From: a virus | Lineage: Duplodnaviria; Caudoviricetes | Strand: one strand, 5' to 3' | Length of the DNA: 64,000 nucleotides | Virus record (IMG/VR): IMGVR_UViG_3300035696_003004 | Coordinates: 1 to 64,000 of that record | Notes under the pieces: generated by a model | What the model was told of the DNA's origin: nothing | The model's database searches: none | Seen by the model: the letters and a program-made list of their open reading frames with translations, nothing else | In this document: positions 36,032-45,781 of the stretch, piece by piece | Layout of the letters: the number at the start of each line of letters is the position of its first letter | Position numbering within the stretch: position 1 is the stretch's first letter | Translations under genes and position numbers: made by a program

Positions 36032-38083
36032 ATGGAGTTGGAAACAACCGAGTGGCAATGTCCAAAGTTTGAAACTTCCCCTAGCATTCGTGCTGGATGG
36101 GTTGAAGAACAAATTCAAGAGGGCGAAGGCTTTCTGGAAGGCCAGACTTGCTACAAAAATTTAGGTGCCAATTTACGTGTATTTGATGCTATTTTTCGTG
36201 ATAAGTCGCGTTCGACCTTAATAACAAACGAACTTAAATACGATATACGTAAATTCTGCGAAACGCTTGCCGAAGTTCGTGAAATTGCCGCTTATGGATC
36301 GGATTTTCCCGCCTATAAAAAATTTGCTGAGATGCTTACCAAGGTTGCGCGATGTGTTTATCTAGAGTCTGATTTTCCCTTCCAGATTTTAAAAGTTTTG
36401 CAATATGCCAGCGTAATGGGTATTGGTTACTTGTGGCCAAAAGTGCGAGCCGATGAATATGGCTATGGTGAACGCAAGATCGTTTTCGACGCACTTGGAC
36501 TTTTAGATGTTGTTCCGGTTCAAATTCCGCGAACTAACGATGTTCAAGATGCTTATGCAAACACAGTTTATGACTACATGCCGATTGCGGAAGCGCACGG
36601 ACGTTTTCCGCTTTTTCAGGGTCTTTTACAAACAGTTGGCCCTCGTAGTTATAAAACCAAAGTACAAGCACGACGCTTAGACTATGCTGAACGCTATCGT
36701 TACGGCGAACAAGGTCGAAGTTTTGGCAATTTGTATACAGAAATTCGTTACACATTTATTCGGGATCTTCGTATCAATAATACCGGCTATGAATTGCCAA
36801 TGGGCGATCCTGGTACTAGCTGGTTCTACAAAGTACCGTTTGTTGGCCAAATGATATTTGGTGGCATGCGTAACGGAATGCCCTATATGCGTCCGGCATC
36901 CATTGAGGACTGCCGCGTGTATCCCAATCTGCGGCTCATTATCACATCGGCTGGTCTCGATCGACCGATGTACGACGGACCGGCATTCGATTGGGATGGG
37001 AAAATGCCGATCATTCAGTACGTTGTTGATGATTGGGCGTGGGAGCCGATGGGTCGTTCGCTCGTTGGCGATGTAGGCTCAATCGAAATTACAACGCGAA
37101 AAATTGAACGAAAAATCGATCAGGTGATTACTGCCACGCTAAATCCGCCGATTGGTTACGATCACACCGCAACGGGCGGTCCGAAAATCGAACACTTCGA
37201 CATTTTTGAAGAAGATGTGCGCTACGGTGTGGATGGCGAACCACGGAAAATTATGCAATCCATCCTTCCCGAAGAAGTTCGTGTTCAAGGAGAACATTTT
37301 AAGTTTTTAGAATACCTAAAAAATTGCAAACAGGCTCAACTTGGCTTGCAAGATCTTGGAAATCTGCAAAATATCAAAATGAATTTGGCCAATGATACCG
37401 CCGATAAAATGCTGGAATCAATTGGCCCGATTGCAAAGGGTATTGCGGCTAGGATCGAAAAAGCGAATAAAGCCATTGGCCAGCGTATGAAGTTTCTTAT
37501 TTTGCAATGGTTTAATGTGCCGAGAATTATGGAATATGTTGGCCCCGATCAAATTGATCGTGCGGTTTTTGATTTTAATCCTGACGATTTAGTTCCGAGC
37601 CATATGCCCGATGAGCTGATTGGCGGTACTTTTCCGTCATCTCCATCACAGTACGATCGGTTAACGCGCGCGCGTTGGTTTACACGGCAAATTCGCTTAG
37701 TTTCCGTGCCAAGCACGCTGTTACGCATTACGCAAATGCAAGAGCAATTGAAGTATTTGCAGCTAAAACGTGGAAATGCTCCAATTTCTTGGGCAACAGT
37801 TATGAAAAAGCTTGATGTACCGAACTATGGCGACGTGAACGGTAATACAGAACGTGAAAAGTGGTTTAACGAAGAACTTGAAATGCAGAAACTTAAGATC
37901 ATTGCCGCCGCAGCTGCCCAGCAATTGATGCAACAACTTGGCGTGCAACCGCCACAAGGTGCTGGTGGCGGGAAAGGCGGCGGCGGAAAAGGTGGTCGTC
38001 CACCGAGTGGAGCAAAAGCACCGCAGTTAAAACAAAAAGGAGCACAGGGTGGAACGCCTCGTTCAGTTGTCACTGAATCGTAG
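36032..38083 (+). CDS. portal protein
   Basis: 683 aa after terL; helical; Q/G-rich C-terminus typical of P22/T7-like portals. Confidence 0.75.
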   Translation: MELETTEWQCPKFETSPSIRAGWVEEQIQEGEGFLEGQTCYKNLGANLRVFDAIFRDKSRSTLITNELKYDIRKFCETLAEVREIAAYGSDFPAYKKFAEMLTKVARCVYLESDFPFQILKVLQYASVMGIGYLWPKVRADEYGYGERKIVFDALGLLDVVPVQIPRTNDVQDAYANTVYDYMPIAEAHGRFPLFQGLLQTVGPRSYKTKVQARRLDYAERYRYGEQGRSFGNLYTEIRYTFIRDLRINNTGYELPMGDPGTSWFYKVPFVGQMIFGGMRNGMPYMRPASIEDCRVYPNLRLIITSAGLDRPMYDGPAFDWDGKMPIIQYVVDDWAWEPMGRSLVGDVGSIEITTRKIERKIDQVITATLNPPIGYDHTATGGPKIEHFDIFEEDVRYGVDGEPRKIMQSILPEEVRVQGEHFKFLEYLKNCKQAQLGLQDLGNLQNIKMNLANDTADKMLESIGPIAKGIAARIEKANKAIGQRMKFLILQWFNVPRIMEYVGPDQIDRAVFDFNPDDLVPSHMPDELIGGTFPSSPSQYDRLTRARWFTRQIRLVSVPSTLLRITQMQEQLKYLQLKRGNAPISWATVMKKLDVPNYGDVNGNTEREKWFNEELEMQKLKIIAAAAAQQLMQQLGVQPPQGAGGGKGGGGKGGRPPSGAKAPQLKQKGAQGGTPRSVVTES

Positions 38084-38105
38084 TGAATAAAAGGGAGAGA
38101 GATGT

Positions 38106-38345
38106 ATGCCTGTAAAGATCAAAGTACAAAAAGATTACTTTATGACCGAAGTAAGTGCTGATTTGCCAGCAGATGTTGGTGAACTTAATGACGAACTTTT
38201 GGCAATTGGAACGACTGGAAAAATGGTTGTGCAGTATAACCACGGCAGTGTACAAGGCATTAACGTGGAGCAAAGAACAAAGATTCCGGACAATGTAGCG
38301 GATGAAATCAGAAAATTATTAGGCATTGGGACAAAAATTTCGTAA
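38106..38345 (+). CDS. hypothetical protein
   Basis: RBS GGGAG; 79 aa. Confidence 0.6.
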   Translation: MPVKIKVQKDYFMTEVSADLPADVGELNDELLAIGTTGKMVVQYNHGSVQGINVEQRTKIPDNVADEIRKLLGIGTKIS

Positions 38346-38394
38346 TTAGGACTTGACATGAAACAAGATAAGTCCTATACATCGAAAAGATATT

Positions 38395-38460
38395 GAGCGG
38401 CATGCCCCCCCTCCTTGGGGAAGAAGCAATGGCTCAGGACCGAAATGGCCTTGAGCCATT
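38395..38460 (+). ncRNA. repeated two-hairpin leader RNA, copy B
   Basis: follows TTGACA(38353)-17-TATACA. Confidence 0.75.
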
Positions 38461-38485
38461 TCTATTTCAACCCAAGGAGATAACC

Positions 38486-38596
38486 ATGGCGAAGAGACAC
38501 AAAATCGGAATGGTTAAGGCAAGCCACTTAAAGAAGGGCAGAGGCCGCAAGCGTGGTCGCAAACGTGGTGGCAAAAAGAGCGCCATTAAGGCTTAA
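38486..38596 (+). CDS. small protamine-like basic protein (36 aa)
   Basis: RBS AAGGAG; KKGRGRKRGRKRGGKK. Confidence 0.65.
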   Translation: MAKRHKIGMVKASHLKKGRGRKRGRKRGGKKSAIKA

Positions 38597-38609
38597 GTAA
38601 AGGAACCCA

Positions 38610-38924
38610 ATGGCGAGTACACCTACAGCAATGCCCGATCAACAAACGCAAGGCGCCGCTCCTCCAACAGGGGGCGGCGCGCCCCCGCAGAATGCGCCTG
38701 TTCAAACTCCACCTCCTGAACAAGCAGCGGCCCCGTCACAAGGACCAACTAGCGGATTGCAACAATTGCTTTTCCAATGGTCACAAGTAGTGAAACAGAT
38801 TGCTGCATCGGATCCCCGGCTAGCACCTGGAGCCGAAAAGATTTCTCAGGGTATTCAAGACATGCAGACGGCGATTATTTCGCCACCGCAACCGACGCCG
38901 ATGGGTCAGCAACCACAATACTAA
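38610..38924 (+). CDS. P/Q-rich head-associated protein
   Basis: RBS AAGGAA; position before the scaffold gene. Confidence 0.6.
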   Translation: MASTPTAMPDQQTQGAAPPTGGGAPPQNAPVQTPPPEQAAAPSQGPTSGLQQLLFQWSQVVKQIAASDPRLAPGAEKISQGIQDMQTAIISPPQPTPMGQQPQY

Positions 38925-38948
38925 AAAATTGCGGGAGAAGAAAAGGTT

Positions 38949-39977
38949 ATGCCTACAGTTTCAGAGTTACTAAAGCAATCCGGTCTTACCGATGAACAGA
39001 TCGCGGCACTTGATCCAAAGATGGTCAGTTCATTTAGTGGCATTTTGACGTCCGCCGACAGTGAACGCCAAGCCGCACAGCAAGCAGCAGCTAAAGCTGA
39101 AGCGGAACGTAAAGCCGCAGCCGAAGATGCGGCAAAGGCCGAACAAGAACATCAAGCAGCTATGAAAGCCAAAGAAGAAGCGGAATTGGCTGATCGTAGT
39201 TGGCGCCAGTTTTACGATGAAAGCGTTACGCCGGCACTAAATACATGGGGAACTGAAAAGGCCAATCTTGAAGCGCAATTAGCTTTTTACCGTGCGCAAA
39301 ATGATGCTGCCCGCGCTGGTGGTTTTGTTCCGCAAGATGCGCCAGGTTATGTGCCACAAGCTTTAGATCCATCCAATGCTTCGGCCGCACAACCGCGTGA
39401 TCCCAAAGGTCGTTATGTGGCAGGTGCCGCAACTGGAACGCCAGGCTCGCCTGTTTTTACGGTGGATGCAATTGAAGAACGTCTTGGCAATGGCATCAGT
39501 AATATCGGCTGGGCGATGCAGGAATATGCCAGATTGAACGAAGGCAAGATTTTACCTGATCCTTTTGATTCGCTAGCAAAAGAAGCAACAAATATGCGCC
39601 TCCCGTTTCGCGATTATGTCGCGCGGAAATACGACTTTGCTGGCAAACAGGCGGAAATGCAGCAAAAAATGCAGCAAGAACATGATGCTCAAGTCGCTGC
39701 TAGCGCTGTGAAGCCATTGCAAGAACAGTTGGCGGTAAAAGAAAAAGAATGGCAGGAAAAGTTATCAGCCAAAGATAAGGAATGGGCCGAAAAGATTGGC
39801 TCTAACCCGGACGTTCGTATTGCGCAACCATCGCGGTTTGCTGATGTTGCGCGCGCCGTAAAGGCAAATGAACGTCCAGATCCGTTGAATTTGAATGAAC
39901 AACAACGTCGACTAGCTACTTCGCAAGCGATCCGCCATGAAATTGTAGAGCAAAACATGGAACAAGCGGCTGCGTAA
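38949..39977 (+). CDS. capsid scaffolding protein (putative)
   Basis: A/E/Q/K-rich coiled coil directly upstream of the capsid gene. Confidence 0.65.
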   Translation: MPTVSELLKQSGLTDEQIAALDPKMVSSFSGILTSADSERQAAQQAAAKAEAERKAAAEDAAKAEQEHQAAMKAKEEAELADRSWRQFYDESVTPALNTWGTEKANLEAQLAFYRAQNDAARAGGFVPQDAPGYVPQALDPSNASAAQPRDPKGRYVAGAATGTPGSPVFTVDAIEERLGNGISNIGWAMQEYARLNEGKILPDPFDSLAKEATNMRLPFRDYVARKYDFAGKQAEMQQKMQQEHDAQVAASAVKPLQEQLAVKEKEWQEKLSAKDKEWAEKIGSNPDVRIAQPSRFADVARAVKANERPDPLNLNEQQRRLATSQAIRHEIVEQNMEQAAA

Positions 39978-40003
39978 AGTAACGACGCTGAATTAAGTTT
40001 TTC

Positions 40004-40064
40004 GAGACGCATGCCCCCCTTCGGGGAATAAGCAATGGCTCAAAACCATTAATGGTTTTGGGCC
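40004..40064 (+). ncRNA. repeated two-hairpin leader RNA, copy C
   Basis: CATGCCCCC TTCG GGG AATAAGC AATGGCTCAAAACCA TTAA TGGTTTTGGGCC, then a T run; no clear promoter. Confidence 0.65.
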
Positions 40065-40179
40065 TTTTTTATTTTGGAAGAAAAACGGTGATTGTAAGCA
40101 AAAATTTCAAGATCCGACTTGGATGGATTGTCGTCGGAGAAACACCCAGCAATGGAGACACTTTCGAAAGGAGCAGCAA

Positions 40180-40215
40180 ATGGCAAAAGTTAAGAAAGTT
40201 CTAGCTATTGCCTAG
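40180..40215 (+). CDS. 11-aa basic upstream ORF (MAKVKKVLAIA)
   Basis: strong AAGGAG RBS; ends 11 nt before the capsid start. Confidence 0.4.
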   Translation: MAKVKKVLAIA

Positions 40216-40226
40216 CTGACCGTATT

Positions 40227-41459
40227 ATGCCAACTGATCCTCTCTACAACGAAATAGACGCTTCTAACTTAGAAAGTGTCAGAAAGAACGTGGTATATAA
40301 CAATCTGTTTGTCGATACCCCGTTCCAGGCTAAGTTGCGCCGTGCTGGTGTTTGGGATGAGTTCCTTGGTGGCGCCGGCATGATGGAAGGCATCTTGTAC
40401 GGGCGCACGCAGGGAGCTGCGGTGAACCCGGGCCAGACCGTCACCGTAACCCGCCAGCAAATCAACACCGGCATCAAGTTCCTGCCCAAGGCTTATGCCG
40501 CGTGGTATCCGCTGGATGACTGGGAAATGGATGATGGTTCCGGTACAGGCGGCGTCATCAATTCCGGTCCATCGAAGATTGTGGACGAATACCAACTCTA
40601 CATGGAAGCGATGGTAATGACTATCAACACCATGCAAGAGATGGATTCGTTCCGCCATGGGCAACCGTCCTCAACAACCGTTCAGGATAACCGTATTAAG
40701 ACGATCAACGGCCTGGACGAAGCGCTGAATAACGGTATTGATAACTCGGTGTATGGCAATATCTACACCAATTACGGCGGACAAGCGCGCAACGGGAATA
40801 TTGGAACTGCGCTCAATGCTACGCCGCTATTTCTGGGTACATCGGCCGGTGCTCCTGGGCTGATCGATTTTGCCTCGTTGATGCAGCTCTGGTCGCAGTG
40901 CAAAGTTACCGGCGGCAATCCGACGCTGGGTATTACGAATGTGTTTGGTTTTAAGGCTATCGCCATCGCGCTCGATGCGCAGCGGCGTGACGTTTCTAAT
41001 ACCAAACACGACATCAAGTGGGATGGTATGAACTTTAATGGCGTCGACATTTATGCCGATCCGCTAGCACCATCCGCCCAAGCACAAAACTATCTTGAAT
41101 TGGCACCGGCCAACGGCGCAGCAGGAAACACGAATCTTGCTGACGGCGTTGGATCGAGCACGGCAACGGTTACCTTTACTACGCCGCAATTTACAAAAAA
41201 TGGTGCGCCTGTATCTGTATCGCCGACCGGTTCTGGTTTGCCGTCAAATACGACAATTCAGCCTTCCGAAGTCCTTTACTTCCTGGAGCCGGAAAGCTTC
41301 AAGATCCGCCCGACAAACAAAAAGGGCTGGAACTTTGGATTGCGCCGCGCACCAATGCCAAACAACGTAAGCATTGATGCTTTGTTTATGCGGCTTGGCA
41401 CAAATCTCTACAACACTCAGCCTCGTCACAATGGCTACGCATTTGGCTTTACTGCCTGA
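40227..41459 (+). CDS. major capsid protein
   Basis: 410 aa after the scaffold; HK97-fold-like composition; GC3-rich codon usage suggests high expression. Confidence 0.8.
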   Translation: MPTDPLYNEIDASNLESVRKNVVYNNLFVDTPFQAKLRRAGVWDEFLGGAGMMEGILYGRTQGAAVNPGQTVTVTRQQINTGIKFLPKAYAAWYPLDDWEMDDGSGTGGVINSGPSKIVDEYQLYMEAMVMTINTMQEMDSFRHGQPSSTTVQDNRIKTINGLDEALNNGIDNSVYGNIYTNYGGQARNGNIGTALNATPLFLGTSAGAPGLIDFASLMQLWSQCKVTGGNPTLGITNVFGFKAIAIALDAQRRDVSNTKHDIKWDGMNFNGVDIYADPLAPSAQAQNYLELAPANGAAGNTNLADGVGSSTATVTFTTPQFTKNGAPVSVSPTGSGLPSNTTIQPSEVLYFLEPESFKIRPTNKKGWNFGLRRAPMPNNVSIDALFMRLGTNLYNTQPRHNGYAFGFTA

Positions 41460-41474
41460 AATTAGGAGACGATC

Positions 41475-42308
41475 ATGCCTTTTCAACCAATTTTGCCGAC
41501 TTGGTTAGCTATTAACAATGCGAACTTTACGTCGCCGACGGCATTGACCGATCCTCGTACTGGCTTGCCATTTGCTGCTGGCGGCTTGAACCTCGGCGAT
41601 TATTTCGATTTAACCGAGCAGGAAGCGAATAGCGCATCCTATACCACCAATGGCACGCTTCATTCCGGTCGGTATCGCTTTGTGCTAGTTGATTCTGGTG
41701 CTAATTCCACAAATGTGAAAACCGGTACCGTGGGATATCTGCGGCCTGGCTTCTCTGTATCAAACGTTGTTATCACGGCGGCAGGAACGGGTGCGACAAC
41801 AGGCGTATACAATATTGCGGCCACGACAGGCACCGGTGGCGGAACTGGCGCAATGATCCAAGTTGTCGTTGGCTCTACTGGAACTATTACTTCGGCAACT
41901 GTGTTGCAAGGTGGCAATTACTACGTTTCGGTTCCAACTTTTTCGCTGACGATTACTGGAACAAGTGGTGGCACGGTTGCAGCTGAATTGTCTACTTCGC
42001 CCAATGTGATAACTGACTTTTCCAACAAGGTTACCGCAGTACGACCGGTTGTGTTCCTGAATTCAATTACACCTGGAAATTATGGGTTTATTCAGGAATT
42101 GGGAGTGGCTACAGTACTTGGCCAATCCTCTTCGTTTACAGATACGACTATCGGTGACTGGATCGATGCGGTTTCTGGTGGCGTTGTCAATTCGCGCGCG
42201 GCTTCCGGTAGTCCGACTGGCGTGACGATTGGTCAAGCGATCGATTTGCCAGTGGTATCGAACTTGTTCAAAATTTACATGAACAACGTGCCTGTGGTTC
42301 AGGACTAA
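41475..42308 (+). CDS. capsid decoration/cement protein (putative)
   Basis: follows the capsid gene; G/T-rich beta-strand protein. Confidence 0.55.
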   Translation: MPFQPILPTWLAINNANFTSPTALTDPRTGLPFAAGGLNLGDYFDLTEQEANSASYTTNGTLHSGRYRFVLVDSGANSTNVKTGTVGYLRPGFSVSNVVITAAGTGATTGVYNIAATTGTGGGTGAMIQVVVGSTGTITSATVLQGGNYYVSVPTFSLTITGTSGGTVAAELSTSPNVITDFSNKVTAVRPVVFLNSITPGNYGFIQELGVATVLGQSSSFTDTTIGDWIDAVSGGVVNSRAASGSPTGVTIGQAIDLPVVSNLFKIYMNNVPVVQD

Positions 42309-42373
42309 CAGCTCGTTACGGCGAAGCAGATCATAAAAGTCTGCTTCGCCGAGCAGCTTGAGTAGGAGCGGTT

Positions 42374-42709
42374 ATGGTTCTCAATGTGCTTTACGGGCTG
42401 TATCCGGATTTTGTCGGTCGCCGCGCAATCATTGTCGGCAATGGCACGGGCCCAGCTTTGTATGTAACTGGTGGCGATACAGTTACGCTTAATTTGCCCA
42501 ATTACTACATTGATGCACTTGCGGGCGAAGTTTTGACGGTAAGTGGAAACTACTATGTGCGACCAATTCCGTCTGCAGTTGGACCTCGAGCCGTTTGGAA
42601 ACTGAAATGGTACTACGCAACTGGCGCTTCGGCAAATACTGAAGTGACTGCAAGTACCGTTTTGTCGTCCGAGCAACTTCAAATTGGCGGATTTTGTGGG
42701 CAATTTTAA
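42374..42709 (+). CDS. virion structural protein
   Basis: RBS AGGAG; structural operon. Confidence 0.6.
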   Translation: MVLNVLYGLYPDFVGRRAIIVGNGTGPALYVTGGDTVTLNLPNYYIDALAGEVLTVSGNYYVRPIPSAVGPRAVWKLKWYYATGASANTEVTASTVLSSEQLQIGGFCGQF

Positions 42710-42745
42710 GCAGGAATAAAGCGTCTTTCTCCCGGAGACACTTAC

Positions 42746-42785
42746 CCGGCTCTTGTGGGGAAATCCCATAAGAGCCGTTTTGTTA
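42746..42785 (+). terminator. intrinsic terminator
   Basis: CGGCTCTTGTGGG-GAAAT-CCCATAAGAGCCG-TTTT. Confidence 0.65.
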
Positions 42786-42795
42786 GGAGCGCAAC

Positions 42796-43809
42796 GTGGC
42801 TCTTCAAAACATGCGACAAGAGTTACTTGGAATTCCGGGAACAAACTTTGGCTTAGTAACCACTAAAGTCAATGAAGCTTTTGCTGCAATTCAAAATGAA
42901 AACGTTTGGAGTTTTCAGTTAACCGATGGTGGATGGCTTACGCCTGGATTGCTTGGTGGTCCTAATACACAATTTCTTAGTCCAGGAACAATTACGGTTA
43001 CACCATTTACCAACACTATTACAGGAGATGCAACTGCTTCTGCCGCATGGATTGCTGCTTTAATTAGCCCTCCATTGCTTACGCAACAACAAATACGCGT
43101 TCCGTATTATTCGCTGTACAGCATTATTGCCGCAAATGTGACAAACCCCAGTGCGGTTGTATTAACCATTGATCGGCCATGGATGGAGCCAAAACAAACT
43201 AATGGTACATACATGATTTATCAGGCATATTATGCCGCACCGGTTGGATTTAAACGTTGGTACAACATTCGCGATACCACCAATAACAACTATATGGACT
43301 GGTGGAGCAAAACTGAAATTGATTTAGCAAATGAAGATGCTGAGCGAACCGATTTTGATGAGCCGCTTTATGTAGTGCCGTACAAAATGGATACACGCGT
43401 GGGAAGCGCAACGTATGGCCAAATGCTTTTTGAACTTTGGCCACATCCGATTACGCAACTTCCTTATACGTTTGCTTGTCAAGCAAATTGGCCAGTGCTT
43501 AGTAGCCCTTCTGCTACTGTACCGTACCCGCTTAACGACGAGTTGGTTAAGTTACGTGCATACGAAATGCTTTATTTGTGGAAAGAATCGCAAAAGGGCG
43601 ATGAGATGGAGCGCGGCGCAGGAGCTAATTGGCAATTTCTTTTACAAGCCGCACGAGCTGAATATGATGACCGGCTTAAACATATTCGCGTGATGGACAA
43701 AAGTATTGTTGATCTTTATTTCAGCAAGATGGAACGGTTGCCGTCCGCGTTTGGCGAACCGTATGCGACGGTCGAAGGTCAATTGAATATTGGCGGATGG
43801 GGAGCATAA
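42796..43809 (+). CDS. head-tail adaptor/structural protein
   Basis: ELWPHP motif; position. Confidence 0.55.
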   Translation: MALQNMRQELLGIPGTNFGLVTTKVNEAFAAIQNENVWSFQLTDGGWLTPGLLGGPNTQFLSPGTITVTPFTNTITGDATASAAWIAALISPPLLTQQQIRVPYYSLYSIIAANVTNPSAVVLTIDRPWMEPKQTNGTYMIYQAYYAAPVGFKRWYNIRDTTNNNYMDWWSKTEIDLANEDAERTDFDEPLYVVPYKMDTRVGSATYGQMLFELWPHPITQLPYTFACQANWPVLSSPSATVPYPLNDELVKLRAYEMLYLWKESQKGDEMERGAGANWQFLLQAARAEYDDRLKHIRVMDKSIVDLYFSKMERLPSAFGEPYATVEGQLNIGGWGA

Positions 43810-43811
43810 CT

Positions 43812-44189
43812 ATGCCAGGATATGCGGGAACAGCACAAGCTGCATTAATTCGTGACAACCAGCAGAAATACTTGTGGAACAACGAAACGGTCGCGGTGGG
43901 AGAGGCAAGCATTGCTTTTCAAATCGAAAGAGTCAACCGCACATTTTACCCGTGGGGCATTTCGTTGGAAATTTTTTTTAATGGAAATCCTGGTGCTTTT
44001 GAAGTTGATCTTCAAGACGCAGATATTGATATGGACTCGCACTACGTAACGGTGGATGCGATTACTGTCGGACTAAATTCTTCGTATGTAACACGGATAG
44101 AATTGCCGTCATTTTATGCAAAGTATGTCCGCGTAAAGTTAGTTGCTTTAACTTATCCGGTAAATGTATCGGTGCTGTTAACGAGGTGA
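43812..44189 (+). CDS. virion structural protein
   Basis: RBS GGAG; beta-rich. Confidence 0.55.
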   Translation: MPGYAGTAQAALIRDNQQKYLWNNETVAVGEASIAFQIERVNRTFYPWGISLEIFFNGNPGAFEVDLQDADIDMDSHYVTVDAITVGLNSSYVTRIELPSFYAKYVRVKLVALTYPVNVSVLLTR

Positions 44190-44192
44190 GCG

Positions 44193-45470
44193 ATGAAGAA
44201 GCTAATTTTAATTTTGTCGGCAATATTTGTAACGGGCACGTTGATCACAGCGTTGCATGGACAAATTATCGTCGGGAATTATACAGCTACTTCATTTCAG
44301 TCAGGCGCAGCCCTTCCTGCTTCGTGCAGTGGAAGCGCCATATTTACTTTAACTACAACATGGGCACCATATTATTGCAACAATGGAACATATACTTTAT
44401 TTTCAAACGGCGGATCGTCGTTAACTTCTGCAAATTTATTAAATGGTTCTGTTGGGGCGCTACCGTATCAAACTGCAGTTAGCACAACGGCTTTTGTGTA
44501 TCCAACTACTGATTCACAAATGATTTACTTAGACGGAAATCGTACAGATTACTATATACCAGACGGCACTTTTGAGCGACCGTATAAAACTTTAGATCAA
44601 TTAGGCTCTGGTTTAACAAGTTATATAAGCGGCGGAGGCACAGGGCCGATTGCCATATGGGCTAGCCCAAATAGTGCATATAGCACAGCGATCGCGTTTA
44701 CGTTTCCTGCAATTGCAACTACAATTTTCGCTAATAACTCTACATGGACGTTTTCCGCTGGAGTAACTGTCAATGCTGTCCCAATGACAATTTATGACTT
44801 AAATACGGTTGGCAATGTTACTTATTCAACTTGCTCTTCTACTACAAGAAGCGAGCGTCATGGAGGTAGTTATAGCGGCGGCAATGTAACTCTCGGAATT
44901 GGATGCTATAACCACCAGTACGGTGTAAATTTGTCTGGCAGTTCATACATTTTTACTGTAAATGGCTTGCTTTATGCAGAAGCTACTACAGGGTCAATGA
45001 CATTTGCGTCTGGTGGACCAAACGCATTTATAGCTCTTTATAACACCAATATGGCAAAAGCCACTAACTCCACTATGTACAACGTTGACATGACGCTAGG
45101 AGGCAGAACACTTATTAGCGGCGGAATAATGGCGGCTGGAAAGTCTACTGTTGCTAACGTATATCTTCCTTTGGCAAATACTACAACAACGGCACATGCA
45201 ATTTCTGGAGTTGCCTTTACAACTGGTCTTGGAGTGCTTTGTACTAATGGTTTAACAACCTATGTAGCCATGGGGCAATTATTGGGTGCTGCTACCTATT
45301 GCACACTTCCAGCGACTTATACAGGACCAATTAATATTATGGGACAAACAATTGGAGCACAAACAATATATCGTTGTACGACTGCGGGAACTGTTCTCCC
45401 TGTCGGTTCTTTGACAACAGTAGCAGCAAATTGCGGCGCAAGTACAGCGATTGGTTTAACTGTTCAATAA
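44193..45470 (+). CDS. tail fibre/spike-like protein with a hydrophobic N-terminus
   Basis: S/T/G-rich; C-terminal module shared with 45782-48307. Confidence 0.6.
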   Translation: MKKLILILSAIFVTGTLITALHGQIIVGNYTATSFQSGAALPASCSGSAIFTLTTTWAPYYCNNGTYTLFSNGGSSLTSANLLNGSVGALPYQTAVSTTAFVYPTTDSQMIYLDGNRTDYYIPDGTFERPYKTLDQLGSGLTSYISGGGTGPIAIWASPNSAYSTAIAFTFPAIATTIFANNSTWTFSAGVTVNAVPMTIYDLNTVGNVTYSTCSSTTRSERHGGSYSGGNVTLGIGCYNHQYGVNLSGSSYIFTVNGLLYAEATTGSMTFASGGPNAFIALYNTNMAKATNSTMYNVDMTLGGRTLISGGIMAAGKSTVANVYLPLANTTTTAHAISGVAFTTGLGVLCTNGLTTYVAMGQLLGAATYCTLPATYTGPINIMGQTIGAQTIYRCTTAGTVLPVGSLTTVAANCGASTAIGLTVQ

Positions 45471-45488
45471 AGAAACTAGGAGAAAAAA

Positions 45489-45764
45489 ATGAAAAAAATT
45501 GTATTTGAATTGTTGTTGTTTTTGGCTATTCCAGTTTTAGCCCAACAAGCAGCTGAACCAACTGTAACTGAGCTGAAGGCTCAAATTGCGCAGCTTAAAT
45601 TGCAAATATTGCAGTTACAGTCTGCATTATTGCAATGTCAAGCTCCGCAAGTGCAACAAGAGGTTCAAAGCACACAATCGGCTTTGCGGGCTGAACAAGA
45701 AAAGAAAAAGCCAGAAGAAAAAAAGCTAGAAAGCAAAGAAGTAAAGCCGACTGGAATTAAGTAG
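45489..45764 (+). CDS. signal-peptide coiled-coil protein
   Basis: MKKIVFELLLFLAIPVLAQQ plus heptads. Confidence 0.6.
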   Translation: MKKIVFELLLFLAIPVLAQQAAEPTVTELKAQIAQLKLQILQLQSALLQCQAPQVQQEVQSTQSALRAEQEKKKPEEKKLESKEVKPTGIK

Positions 45765-45781
45765 TCGCAAAGGAAAAAACG

